Of a DNA stretch of 64,000 nucleotides, positions 23,632-35,630 are shown piece after piece. The stretch comes from Epithemia pelagica. Its lineage: Eukaryota; Protista; Bacillariophyta. Below the pieces are notes generated by a model, which saw nothing but the letters and a program-made list of their open reading frames with translations, had not been told where the DNA came from and made no database searches. Both the position numbers and the translations under genes were made by a program. The DNA is taken from positions 2,604,001-2,668,000 of the forward strand of contig OX337229.1 in the NCBI GenBank assembly GCA_946965045.2, read 5' to 3'. Every line of letters starts with the position of its first letter. Within the stretch, counting starts at the first letter, position 1.

Positions 23632-24865
23632 ATGAGCCGCATATCCATGACCAGTCGTCATCACATGAACGGTGGTGCTACGTCCTCTTACACACAAGCA
23701 ACTAGTTCTCATCATGGATCCCGCGTCCATGCCGGGCCACGAAGCAGCAGCGGTACAAACAAACAAACCAGTGGAACTGGGAACAACGGGAATATTTTAT
23801 CATGTAATAACTGCCGCAAGCCTCTTGCCACAACCGTATTTCTCTGTAAATGTGACTGCGTCTTTTGTGAAAGTAAGTCCTTGTTCTAAGCGTCTTTTGT
23901 TTGTATGGCGTTCGAGCTCACGTTTCTCATATACCTCTCTTCCTTTCGCAGGTTGCACGTATTCCCATTTCAGTGACAGTTCCTCCTGTCCTGCATGTGG
24001 AATGACGCTAGGAGTAGATGACTTTCTTGAATTGTGCATTGCGGATCCATCTTCGAAAGAGAGTGGTGCAAAGATGGCCTTTCAAGATTTGCTGACCAAG
24101 ACTCGTTCCGATTCGACCCATGTGACACACCAAGATATGTGTATGCACGCGCTTAAATCGATGGATCAGTGTCGTCGATCGTGCAAGTTTATCTTGAAGC
24201 AGATGGTCATGCAGCAAGCACAACAGGCACAGAATTCCGGTTCCGTCCACCGCGCGTTCGACAAATTACAAACCGAATACACTCAACTCCAACAAGCCAC
24301 GACAAGTGAGCGACTTGAAGCCCAACAAGGAATGCAAGAGTTGCAGAACCGTAATTCTGCAATGACAACCCGAATCCAGGAGATGGAGCAGAAAATAAAG
24401 GATCAGCAGCGGCAAATTTCGCAGTTCCGAGAGCACTTTCGACAGTCCACTGGTTCAACGCGAAGCGGTGGATCGAACTCCAGCATGAACAACGAAAAAC
24501 GTCAGCCAGAGCATCAAGGGATGAATCATAGGGTCCCATCACATGCTCCTCCTCCGATGCATGCATTTGTAAAGAAAAAATCCATGGAATCGAGTCGTCA
24601 AACTAGCAACAAGCGCCTCACACCAATGGGCCAGTCAGGTGAAAACTATCATTCAAGCAAGACGATGACTCATCCTTTCGCCCCAACGCCAATCCATTTT
24701 CCGAACTCACTTCACCGACCCTCTTCTGGAGGATCCGCAGGTTCGCGCATTCGTGAGATTTCAAGCACATCGAGTTACTCCTTTGAAGCAGGGCGAAGGG
24801 CTGCTGAACGAATCTCACCAGCCATGGCGTTTGCAAAGCCTTACCGTCCACAGCCATTCCATTGA
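23632..24865 (+). CDS. HEI10: RING-finger + coiled-coil protein, HEI10/Zip3 (CCNB1IP1)-like; exons 23632-23872, 23952-24865
   Basis: Spliced RING CNNCRKPL...LCKCDCVFCE|SCTYSHF...SCPACG, then a coiled coil and a disordered Ser-rich tail. Confidence 0.65.
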
Positions 24866-25016
24866 AATGGTAGCCATGTGGTACTCGAGGGCAAAATGAG
24901 ACTGAAAGACGGTTCGCTTTACATGTTTCAACTGCAAGTTGGTCAATAACCGTGAAATCCTTAATCGATAACCACCGAAGTAACATTTTGCCTTCACCTC
25001 AAGTAGGATCGTGTTT

Positions 25017-26153
25017 TCACATCACAAGCTTCCCTCGGGAAAGAATCACGCGACTAGTTGTGGAATGTGATGTCGACAATTTCCATCGTTCTGGTTTGTG
25101 TGTAACCGCTATCACAATGGCACCCGTTTGTTCCACCATGGTTTCCAAGGAAGCTTGCACATTCTGAATTACGACCGAAGTTTCCTTATCGAGCCACTCA
25201 TCCAACAGTAGCAGCGGGGCTGAAGCAATGAATGAGCGGTCCATCTCGTTCTCTATGTCCTCGCCATGCTGGAAGCTATCCTCTCTTCTAGAAGGTATAC
25301 ATGCGCCCATCCACATACTCTCCACCGCAGCCTCCAAAAGTCGCACGCGGAAGGTAAGGGATTGACTCCAGGTCTTACCGGAGAGAGCGTACTCTCTCTC
25401 GTCTAGGTTAAGGAAAAAAGGAAGAATCTGGTCCACCAATTGACGACACTGCTCCTGTCGTGGAGAAAACGATGAAGCTGGCGATTGGGCCCTGTTTGGA
25501 TTGCCTGATCGTGACAATAACTTGAGCACGATCAAGTCAGAAATAGAAGTCTTCTCCTTCTTTCTGGTTGCGGAATGATAAAAGTCATCATATTTCGGTG
25601 TGTCAACAGATGCATCCAAATAGATAGCGTGTGGGCGAGGTGAACGAGTCGTATTGTTGTCCTTATTCAGGCATGACAATAGCAGAGTTCCTTGAGCGTC
25701 TTCAAAGACTGGGGATTCAAGTCCATTCGCCAAAACCTGCAACAAAGTGGATTTCCCGGCTGTAGAATCTCCCGTCAGCAGAACCAGTTGTGGATCATTT
25801 AAGGACAAGGTTATATTGGTCAAGGCAGTGAGACGGATGCGTGGCATAGCCGAAAACAAGCGTCGAGTCCATGGAGATCGATATTCGACCGATACATCCG
25901 ACAAATGAATTTGAATGGGCAGAATTTGAAGATCATCGTTATTGGCTCCAATTTCGGGTTGTTCTGGTGGGTAGGCCAGTAGATGCTTTGTTGTTTTCGT
26001 TGTTGTCGTCCAACTATTCCGTTGCTGTGTATCGGTTCTTTGTCTTGCTGGATTTGACAAAAGAGATGTTACCCAGGCAGACGTGCTATGCTGGTAAATC
26101 AATGCAACAACAAGGAATAGGCGAGAGGTAAACTTGAAACCAGACCACTCCAT
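25017..26153 (-). CDS. Stand-alone ABC-type ATPase domain protein with signal peptide/plastid-like leader
   Basis: Walker A LTGDSTAGKST, Walker B LLLLDEW, H-loop VTHKP, terminal LSRGKL. The ABC signature is degenerate (WSQSLTF). Leader ends TSA-W. Confidence 0.75.
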   Translation of the reverse strand: MEWSGFKFTSRLFLVVALIYQHSTSAWVTSLLSNPARQRTDTQQRNSWTTTTKTTKHLLAYPPEQPEIGANNDDLQILPIQIHLSDVSVEYRSPWTRRLFSAMPRIRLTALTNITLSLNDPQLVLLTGDSTAGKSTLLQVLANGLESPVFEDAQGTLLLSCLNKDNNTTRSPRPHAIYLDASVDTPKYDDFYHSATRKKEKTSISDLIVLKLLSRSGNPNRAQSPASSFSPRQEQCRQLVDQILPFFLNLDEREYALSGKTWSQSLTFRVRLLEAAVESMWMGACIPSRREDSFQHGEDIENEMDRSFIASAPLLLLDEWLDKETSVVIQNVQASLETMVEQTGAIVIAVTHKPERWKLSTSHSTTSRVILSRGKLVM

Positions 26154-26413
26154 CTTTATTTCTCGCTCTCGGAAGTGTCAAGAAGGCTCTTCAATCCCTC
26201 TATTACATCCATGATCATGGGTGACGTACTCTTCAGTCACCTTTCAAATTTTCAGGGGAGTGAAGCTACCCTTGCTACCTTACGACGGAAAAGGGTTAGG
26301 TTATACCCACATATATCCAGTCGTAAGTCATGGTAAGGTTAGGAGCAAGTTTCAAAGTGGGTTTGCGTCTCTATTCAGTTTTGAACTATCTCAATGACCT
26401 GGTCATCTTGTCT

Positions 26414-29400
26414 TCATTTCTTATCCTTCTCATCGTCACCCGATGTGACGTAGTCCGGGTTGTCCTTGACAATAACGATACCCTCCAACACCGGACTGGT
26501 ACTACCACTCGCCGCCACCACTTCCTCGGTACCCAGTTCCGCACGATCTGTGGTAGCCAAGAGAACCGGCGAAGTATGCGTTTGGAACCCAGTAATGCGT
26601 CGAGGCTTTCCTGCCTGCCCAACTGTCTCCAATGCTTGACCAACGCGAACCGTGACGGGGCGCCATTCCATGACAACATCGTCCACTTCAGGCTCTACTG
26701 CATCCTCGCCATCAGCGCCTGGGACTGGTGCATCGTTGTACGAAACTGTAATAAGCATACGAGGATGCATGGCACAGGTGAGGTAATACAAAAGGTAATG
26801 ACTCTTGTCGAGCAAAGTTTTCTTCAAATCCAAACAGGAGTGCAACAAGACCAGCATACCGCCAAGAGCGGAACCTTTCAGCAGCATGCGATCGGAGTGG
26901 AAGGGACTCAAGGTCATTAGTCCCTTGCCCATGTGCAAGAATCCTTGGGCCAGTCTGACGCAGAATACATGTCCGGCATCCTTGGCATAGAATTCACTCA
27001 ATTGACGCAACAAACCAGCGACACGAGAATTATTGGTACCGGCACTGGCAATGCCCAAGCCTAGGATCGCATTCTGCGCGAGTTCGGCATCGGGATCGTG
27101 CGACAGACGAGATAGCTGGTCAATGACAGAGAACTCAGGGTTGGAAATGTGCAAGGTGGCGAGGGCCAATGGAACCGCACGCTTGATGGGCAATTCACAA
27201 TAATGCAGCAAATGATCAAATGAACGCAACGCCATTTCACTTCCCACATCTTCGCCCATGGTTATAAGGGCAATTCCCATAACGGCAGCCATTTGATGTT
27301 CGGCATCTTCTGTGAGGTGCTCTGCACATTCATGCAACATTTTTTGCACCAAAAGTACATTCCCACTTCCAGCATAGGCGCATGTTTCCAACATAGTGAC
27401 TGCGTACTTGGGTATCTTTTTGTGTTCGATTGTTTTGAGTGCTTCAATCATGGCATCGGCCTTTTCCATCTGTCCCAAAAACAAAAGTGCCAATCCTAAG
27501 CACAAATATCGCGTATGCGAGTGGTCCAGTTCTTCGTCTGTTGCTTCCATGAGTCGTTGTACAATCGTGCCACCAACAGTATCGTCACATTTGCCTACGA
27601 AAATCATGCCCAATGCCAAACCAGCTAGTGAAACTTCCAACATTTTGGTACTCGTAGTGCCGCCCGAACTCTCCACCATGGGCGCCAGGACTTCCAAGAC
27701 GTCCTCACGTGCCGTACCTGCATAGGCAATGCCCAAACCTGTGCACGCTGCACATTTGATAATATGTGGTGATTCACTTCCACTTTCAACATGCTCCGTC
27801 AACAAAGCGAGCGCCGGATCGGCATCGTTGCGGACACCGCAACTTAGGATGCCCACAGCCAAAGTGGCTCCGGCTTTGACGTAATCTTCTGAAGAGTAAA
27901 GGTATTTGTCAATCTGTGTCAAACCTTCTTCCACATTCCACAGTAGAATCGAGCCTAATGAGGCAGCGGCCGAAAGCATACCATGGTCTTTGTTTTTGTA
28001 GAGCCATTCATTGTCGTTGTTGCTGCTTGAACCATTGCCACTGCTTTCGGATGTCGACGAAGATGACGTCATGAGCTTGTCGTGTCCAAAGCCAGCATTG
28101 ACAAAGGCATTAACAAAAGTACTCGCCAAGTTGGCTCTAGCAGAATCAATTTGAACGTCTCGTCGAGATGCAGATGTTCGTGAAAATCCTCCTGTTTCGG
28201 CCAAATGACTTTTGTAGATATCTTCCGGAGTCTTTGGGTCTAGGACATCCAAATCCTGCGCCAACTTATGGAATTGCTCATGTAGTTTTTCGTTACCAAT
28301 CAATTCATTCATCAACTCAACCTCCGCTTCCAAGCCCTCCATGTCATCGGGAACTTCGAAATATACACCGTGACGGCCCAACAGCAAACACATTTGTCGG
28401 CGCATCAATTTGTCAGTGCATTCTTTCAGGAGGTTTGGTATCATCTCCTCTTCGCGACCACTTTCTAGGCGTAGTCCAACACGCAAGGCATCAAAGTATT
28501 GACCCTGCTTCCGATAAATTTCATACGCAGTTTCCAACATTTCCTACACATGACAACAAAATAAACCATTGCGTCAGGAACAAGGAACCAATGCCAGACA
28601 CGCGGTAGGCCGTCTCTATACTTACCACAAAGTCATCGGGATCACTCATATAGTCTGCCGTCTTGACCAAATACAGACAAATCCTGTGCGCATTGGTTTC
28701 ATCAATCAATTCGTCCTGCATTTGCAAAAGGTATTGCAATCGTTGAACTTCAATCAAAAGATCCACAGCTTCGGCTTCTGCATTATGGGATACATGAAAA
28801 GGAACAATGCGTTGCACAAGATCCAGCAAATCTTGAAAAGGCTCATCTCCACCATCAGGATCAATGCCTTGCTCTACGACACGTGCATTGTACTCTTGTC
28901 CAATTTCACCGGCCAACGAACGGACGAATTCATGTCCCCAGCTTCCCAAATTGTCGTCTACTTCCTTTTTGCCCTCCTCCTCTTCAGTTTGCATTTTATC
29001 TCCCTCTTTTTCTGTTTTCAACTGAGCATGATCTTTGACGGCTGATAATTTGAATTTGAGAGATTCTCGAGGTTGCATATTGGCCGACGGTGACGTGGAA
29101 AGAGTCATGGCCAAGACGGCCAAAACATCGGCCAACCGTGCACGAAGTTCCAGGACTTGCCCTTTGGCTCCAGTGACTTTGGTAGCCGCTTCTAGTTTCT
29201 CATATGTTACTTTGAGCAAGGGATAATGAGGTCGCAAAAATTTGAGAGGTTTGGGGACCGAAGTCATGGAGCTCGTAGCCGTTCGTAGTTCTTGCACCAT
29301 CATTTGCAAGGCTGTCAACCGCAATTCGGAGGTTACAGCAGAATCTTGAGCTACATTGGCTACCGTTTCGACACAAGTTTCCAATCGTTCTTTCAACTCT

Positions 29401-29561
29401 CTGTCTTCTTCGGACAAGGAATCCGGTTTCAATAAATCTTCGCTTGCCTTTTGCTTTTTCGTTTTCTTGGCATCATCATTCTTGTTGTTTTCCGTGCTTT
29501 CGTCTTTGCCAACCTCTTCGGTTTCCGTTCCTTCTTTCGTTTCGTCCGACTTAGGTGCCAT
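26414..29561 (-). CDS. RPN1: 26S proteasome regulatory subunit RPN1/PSMD2; exons 29561-28626, 28543-26414
   Basis: SMTSVPKPLKFLRPHY, WGHEFVRSLAGEI, HNAEAEAVDLLIEV, DSARANLASTFVNAFVNAGFG, GKPRRITGFQTH. Confidence 0.97.
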
Positions 29562-30396
29562 ACTTGAATAACTTTTTCCAAATTGCTACTTCTCGCGTAC
29601 AATCGTCGGCGTTTTCAAACAGGACTTTCTGCTTCCTGAGTACAATGCGTGTGCAGACAAGAGCGAATTGCAGTGATATCACCTAGCCTCAGGTCTTGGA
29701 ATTGGTCAATCAACCGATATTCTTTTAATCCCAGAAGAGAAACTCGTACAAGCTCTCTCGAATGGTGTCTATTGAGCCCAAAGTTGGTCTCGTCCCTCTT
29801 TCTCTTTGTGGTCAGCCACAGATTTGGATGAGGGGAAATGCGAAAGGTGTCGAACTCAATGGACGTCCTCTGAAAGGCTGTTAAGACGCGTTCAAAATGT
29901 GACCCAAATGCGTTTTCCGGGACTATGATCCGGGTAGGCTGGGTAGACTTTGGTTGGGTCAGTGCAGAAGCGTCGTTAGACCATGTAAAATCAACGCCTA
30001 CAAATAAAAGTGTCCACTTCATGCACATGCCTACCGGTAGAAACTTGTATTTCGTCTATTGTATATGAATACAAATTAGTCGGCAGCGGAATCTGATAGT
30101 TTGCCTGATGCGTCGTGTCCATAAGGCAACAACATTTTCGTCCATGGACATGAGGAAAGAAGGATTCACCCAAAGCAAAACGATCTTGAGCAGACCAGTT
30201 GAAATCTACGAGAGGGATGCGGCATTGATTGCGTTCTCCAGAAGACATGGCAAGATTTCTGGACGAGAAACAACGGGCTTGTTTTTCATTTCACGTGCCA
30301 GCAACATGCACATGTTGATTGCGGATGACTCTTGTGGCTCTGCCATGCCTGTTTCTCTCTCTGTTGCTCAATATAACCTTGCCCAACGAATACTCA

Positions 30397-31173
30397 TCAA
30401 GAGCCATAGGGCGCACACAATCGGGCGCTTTGGTCCAGCAATCCACTGCATAAAATCTGTCGACTCACTGTCAAAAAGAACTCAAACGAGAAAATGGGGA
30501 CAAAGAGGGCCAACAACCCCACCAGTACCAAGGGATTTTCCCAGTTGGAACTCCCATCAGACTTGTTGGTACCTTTTCGTAGACGCTGATTGTACCACAC
30601 ATAGTTGTCTGGGCGAGACATCTCTTTCCAGTCATCAAATAAGAAGGGAGGCTCGGAACTATTCGTGTCCGGCACAACAGTTTCATTAGCACTCGTTGGT
30701 TCCGAGAATGATTCGTTGAATGTTTCATCGCCCCTGACGCTTGTAATATTATTTGTGGATAGCGATGGATCTAAGGGTGACAACGCAGAACTCCTGGAGA
30801 GCACAAAATCGTTTTGATTTCGTGAACTTTGTAGGTAGACTCCAAGCCAAGCCAGAAGCAGCGCTACAACAAGACCTCCCAACAACTCTTGGTCTGGAAG
30901 AACATTATCTAACGAAGTTCCATCATTTTCGAGAGCTGTGAATATGGAAGGCCCCCGTATAGCATGACCAAGTTCCGTACCACAACCATGGTGGGCAAAC
31001 GTCACTGCATCAGGAATGTGAGTTCGAGGTTGACAGTACGAGAAAGCTCGCCAGGAGCAAGCTTCCTGCGTGTTACCATCATAGCTCTGAGATCCAGTTC
31101 GTGAGAAATGCTTTTTGTTTCTCCCATCAACGCATTTAGGATATGGATCAATGAATGCACCCATCTTCCTCAT
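30397..31173 (-). CDS. Hypothetical two-TM membrane protein
   Basis: 258-aa ORF with two hydrophobic helices (LLGGLVVALLLAWLGVYL; VLVGLLALFVPIFSFEFFL). Start uncertain. Confidence 0.65.
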   Translation of the reverse strand: MRKMGAFIDPYPKCVDGRNKKHFSRTGSQSYDGNTQEACSWRAFSYCQPRTHIPDAVTFAHHGCGTELGHAIRGPSIFTALENDGTSLDNVLPDQELLGGLVVALLLAWLGVYLQSSRNQNDFVLSRSSALSPLDPSLSTNNITSVRGDETFNESFSEPTSANETVVPDTNSSEPPFLFDDWKEMSRPDNYVWYNQRLRKGTNKSDGSSNWENPLVLVGLLALFVPIFSFEFFLTVSRQILCSGLLDQSARLCAPYGS

Positions 31174-31349
31174 TTTGTCAGGTTTTCAATCGAACAACGA
31201 TGACATACGAATGTATGTGACATGTGGCTGCTCGCACCTGTGTAGAGAGTCGCGCGCGCCGACCTCTCGAATGCGCGTGCCACGCTATCGTTCTTCCTCC
31301 AAGTTTGGGTACTACGTCATTCGCTTCATCCCATCTCTTCTATTCTACC

Positions 31350-31949
31350 ATGAAGCGAACATTGGTTACGCGGACTTTTATCCACTCTCTTGTTCTCCCC
31401 GTATCGGAAGCATTTGACATATCTCGTCGAGGCATACAAGAGATGACTTCTTCGTTAACATCAGGCACAAGTGGCGGTGGCCCCAGTGGAGCAGGCCAAC
31501 CAGGATCAAATACTGCTGTCTGCGCTTCCAAGTCCGCCTGCATCCCATGCTCGTCAATGGACCCGTCGTTCAAACTCAGCACGGAGAAGATCAATGATCG
31601 TCTTGAGACATCTGAGAAATTGCGATTGTGGGAATTGGCTGTGATGCAAAATGGCAGCGGTGCAGACATGCCAATGATCTCGCGACGTTTTGTGGCACGA
31701 AATTTTCAATCCGCCTTGGATGCCATCAACGCAATGGGTGCCATCGCGGAAGCCCAAAATCATCATCCTGATTTTCACTTGACCAGTTATCGCAATGTCA
31801 GGATCGACCTATACACGCATTCCATAGGGGGAGTGACCGAGAGTGATTTGATATTGGCTGAACTCTTGGATGAGGTATCCGTTGACTACAGTCCCAAGTG
31901 GCTCAAAGAACACCCAGAGGCGAGTCTAACAGCAGTGAAAAAGCCTTGA
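31350..31949 (+). CDS. Pterin-4-alpha-carbinolamine dehydratase with N-terminal targeting leader
   Basis: RRFVARNFQSALDAINAMGAIAEAQNHHPDF...LYTHSIGGVTESDLILA (HHPD and THxxGG motifs). Confidence 0.9.
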   Translation: MKRTLVTRTFIHSLVLPVSEAFDISRRGIQEMTSSLTSGTSGGGPSGAGQPGSNTAVCASKSACIPCSSMDPSFKLSTEKINDRLETSEKLRLWELAVMQNGSGADMPMISRRFVARNFQSALDAINAMGAIAEAQNHHPDFHLTSYRNVRIDLYTHSIGGVTESDLILAELLDEVSVDYSPKWLKEHPEASLTAVKKP

Positions 31950-32028
31950 TCAAAAATAATTTTGTTGTTGAGGCAAGACCAGAATCCTACTTACTTGCAG
32001 GCCCACAGTGTACCATAATGGACAAATT

Positions 32029-32640
32029 TTATCTTTCTGCCTGAGCTTGCCCATCAAGTCGAAGGTATACCATCCAGTTCCACATGTCCTCATGAACTGA
32101 GAACGATTTCCATACCAGGAATACGCAATAATAAAGAAAGACGACAAAGCTCCACATTCCAAGGGTGACCCACCATACACGTGGTGTAAGCATAGGGTAA
32201 ATGTGAATGCCAACCCGGTCCAATATGAATGTATACCATACCATGTAGGTCGATAGGGATATGTATGCTAATGCCAAATCCACCCATTCCACGGGTCGAG
32301 GGGGACTCGCCCAGAGAATATTCAGAACAGCGTACAGAATGTTGAAGACATGTCGCTGCATCACTCCATAAGACGAAGCAAACTCATAAAATTGCTTCTG
32401 ACGTTCATCGTTCTTCAATCCAACAAAGTAAACATAAGGAAAGAGGATTGTATTCCAAACCACAAACGTACAGGTTGCCGAACATGCCACTGGAAATCGA
32501 ATGTACTCAGCCCATTTTGCCGCCGTAGACGAGACGGGGGCCAGAGTACAGAGGACATGGCGTATCCAAAGAGCAGTCCAGGATTGCACGGTATAAGTGA
32601 TCCAAGCCATGGTAAATAAATAGGAGTAGGAGTACTTCAA
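32029..32640 (-). CDS. Multi-TM protein (FAR-17a/AIG1-like), N-terminally truncated tandem paralogue of 33078-34157
   Basis: Shares TYT.QSW..L..RHVLC.LAP, RFPVACS.TCTFV.WN, LNILWASPPR, DR.G.H.YP..TPRVWW with the neighbouring gene but lacks its N-terminal exons. Confidence 0.65.
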   Translation of the reverse strand: MKYSYSYLFTMAWITYTVQSWTALWIRHVLCTLAPVSSTAAKWAEYIRFPVACSATCTFVVWNTILFPYVYFVGLKNDERQKQFYEFASSYGVMQRHVFNILYAVLNILWASPPRPVEWVDLALAYISLSTYMVWYTFILDRVGIHIYPMLTPRVWWVTLGMWSFVVFLYYCVFLVWKSFSVHEDMWNWMVYLRLDGQAQAER

Positions 32641-32745
32641 GAATTAGAATATGAGGCATACGAGCTCAACTATTTCTCTTGATTATCGCCTTGAAAATGA
32701 AATCTAGTTGGCAAGCTCGATTTCAAACGGATCCTTGAGCCGCAT

Positions 32746-33030
32746 CTAACAGATGCACTTTTTGAAGTCTTCGGAAAAATAGAGGGTGGATCGCGACTCT
32801 TCATTTCTTGCTTCCCTTCCCACCTTTGGTCCGCGGCAGTCAACAACAAGATGGTCTTTCTTAATGACTTTGCGGTATTTTCCTTTATGATCTTCAAAAC
32901 GCGCAACATGCTCCCCAATCTTGTCCCCTAGGCGCAACAGTTCCAAGCACCATTGTTTATCGCCGTTAATGTAGAAGTCAAGTTCTCCGGTCACAATTTT
33001 GGACAGATGGGATTGCATAATCATCAACAA
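32746..33030 (-). CDS. Short hypothetical ORF between the two AIG1-like paralogues
   Basis: 94-aa ORF with protein-like composition. It could be an exon or remnant; no domain recognised. Confidence 0.3.
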   Translation of the reverse strand: MLMIMQSHLSKIVTGELDFYINGDKQWCLELLRLGDKIGEHVARFEDHKGKYRKVIKKDHLVVDCRGPKVGREARNEESRSTLYFSEDFKKCIC

Positions 33031-33077
33031 AAATCACGCGCTCTTTACTACGTCAAACAGTATAGTAAACAAAATTT

Positions 33078-34157
33078 CTATTTTAGAATCTCAGAATCCA
33101 AAAGGTGTTTCCAGAGGAAGAATGTACCCAGGTATGCCAAGACGAGAAAGCTCCACATGGGTATGACTATCCACCAGACCCGTGGGGTGAACACGGGGTA
33201 AAAGTGCACACCGAGGCGATCCATTAACATGAGATACCACAGAATGTAGACGATAGCCAAACTGAAAGCGAGGGCAAAATCGACCCACTCCAGTGACCGT
33301 GGGGGACTCGCCCACAGAATGTTCAACACGCAAAAGACAATGTTGAAAAAGTGAATCTGCACCAGCCGGAAGGAGAAAGCAAATTGAAAAAATCGCTTCT
33401 TTTGTTCCTCGGTTTTCAAACCAATCAGATAAGCATATGGGAAGATTACCGCATTCCATATCACAAAAGTGCAGGTTGACGAACAAGCCACAGGAAATCG
33501 ACTGAACTCAGCCCATTCCAACGCCTCTGAAGAAAAAGGAGCTAATGCACACAGCACATGACGGGCACATAGAGATGTCCACGATTGAATCGTATAGGTC
33601 GCCCATGCACGGTAGGACAAAGGTCCCACAACCACGAGGTACATGATGTACATCATCCAAAGAGATACCAATACGTTGTATGACCACTTATATGTGAACG
33701 GTGATGGATACTCCAACTCTGTCGAAAAGTCCGTCGACCATAGAGGCTGACTCACCTCACTTAACAAGAAAGCAGAAGACAGGGCTGCAATGTAAACGAG
33801 ACACTGAAAAGGTCAAGCATGGGATCAGTGGCCATAATATTCGTACGTGCGGTTTGGTATGACACAATTCTTACTGTCAAGATACAAACAGCGGACAAGC
33901 ACCAAGGCCCGACACGAAATTTCTCAGGTACCCAGTCAAAGTTGCCAAGAAAAGACCCATTGTCCACCAAGACCCATGGCTCTTTAGGATCTATCAAACG
34001 TGTATATCGGAATGATTGAACAAACTCGGCTGACGTAGGGGGAGCCGATCCCGGAGCTCGCTCCTCTTCTGTGCCACTGTTCTGCTCGGTCTCTTGTCTC
34101 TTCCTCGCAAAGATTGTCTGAACGCTCTTCAGGTGTGCAGGGCAGTGGCTTTTCCAT
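33078..34157 (-). CDS. Multi-TM protein (FAR-17a/AIG1-like), multi-exon
   Basis: Main exon 33078-~33750 with about six TM helices. Upstream coding segments (PWVLVDNGSFLGNFDWVPEKFRVGPW; MEKPLPC...) are bounded by plausible GT/AG sites. Family call is tentative. Confidence 0.7.
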
Positions 34158-35630
34158 TTTCTCTGAGCGGATAATCACAAGGAAGGACCATTGTGGCGAT
34201 TTCGACGACGCACTAGAGAATCGTGTGCGTATTCGTTCCAGCAACGCTAAATGCGACCAAATTATTTGAGTCATGGGTTTTTGGTCGTGGTCCCATTATG
34301 GTTCGCAGTCGCAGGGGGACAAGCTTCGCTTTTCGTACAAGTAGCATCTTGAGAGTCGACGAACGGCTCTTCCGTCCTGTTTTCTTTTCGGGAACAAGAA
34401 AACCCATGAGCTCGTATCAATGAAGTCAAGCGAATCGAAGCGAATCCTCGTGTGTCATGCTGGGATTCACACCCCTTGTTTTTCCAGCTGCCCTAAGATC
34501 GATGACGATCGTTCCCATCATTCTCGAAAGGAAGTTATCATGTGAATCGCTTCCTGCTCAATCGAAGTCCGAGTAGACCGACTTTCGACTCCAAGGGATT
34601 ACTTCGCGATTAGTTATAAATGCTACGAACAAAAAGGGTACTTTTTGCAAGACTTGAATGCATAGTACAACAAGTGTCATGATTGTTGATGACCAGAAAT
34701 GACCGTCTCAACACAACGGAGAGAAGAATCACCAATCAACTACGGGGCACTTCAAAGGATGCTCCGGTTCCAAACGATTCACGACAAGGTTCATTCCACT
34801 CGTTTAGGGAGGCAATATTATTGAACGAGGAACGAGGAACGAGGAACGAGGATGCGTATGTATGCCAAAGATGCATGGTCCATTCAATGGACTCAATACG
34901 GCTTCGGTCAGCCGACCGTTGCAGTCGGTTGGAGTCGCTGGCTTTCTTTTGGAATGAGAGAATGAGAGTCCGTTGGATCTTCAATAGAGTCGTTTCGTTG
35001 AATTGCGATGTTGGGAAAGATACTTTTTATGATTTGAGATGTTATCAGTACCAGTTACCAGTACGCCATTTGCATCTGCGCGGGCCACGTCACGGCGGAG
35101 CAGTCCCCATGGTCGTTGCCTATTTTCTTGGCGACCGGTCCTCCGGCGTTTGGTCTTGGTGAGGGGGGCAACTCAAACATACATACGAAAGCTTGCCGGC
35201 GCATTGACGGATGAGGCGTACGCGTGTCGGTATCACATCTGCTAAGTACTGTACTGTAGGGAAGAATCCTGGACAGTACAAACATGCTGCTCAGCTGGAG
35301 TAACGCGGAATTGAAAAAAGACTCTCAGAGTCAGAAAGTACACCACAAGGAAGCTGATACAAATTGCGAATTGTTGCGACACGATAAATTACACTCTAGA
35401 GTTTAAGGATATGTTTCGTACAAGTGGAGCATACCTTTCTGTTAGCGTTGAAGAACGGAAATCAAGAGAAACCCTACTAGGGAGTATTTGACATTGTTGA
35501 TTCCAACCTTACTTATGTGAGCCACCATCACACATCTCGACTTTTCGTGTTCCTACTCGCCATTCATCAAAAAGAGACCAAGAACGACCTGACCTCACAC
35601 CCTCACCAAAGAAAGATCGTGACCTTCCCG

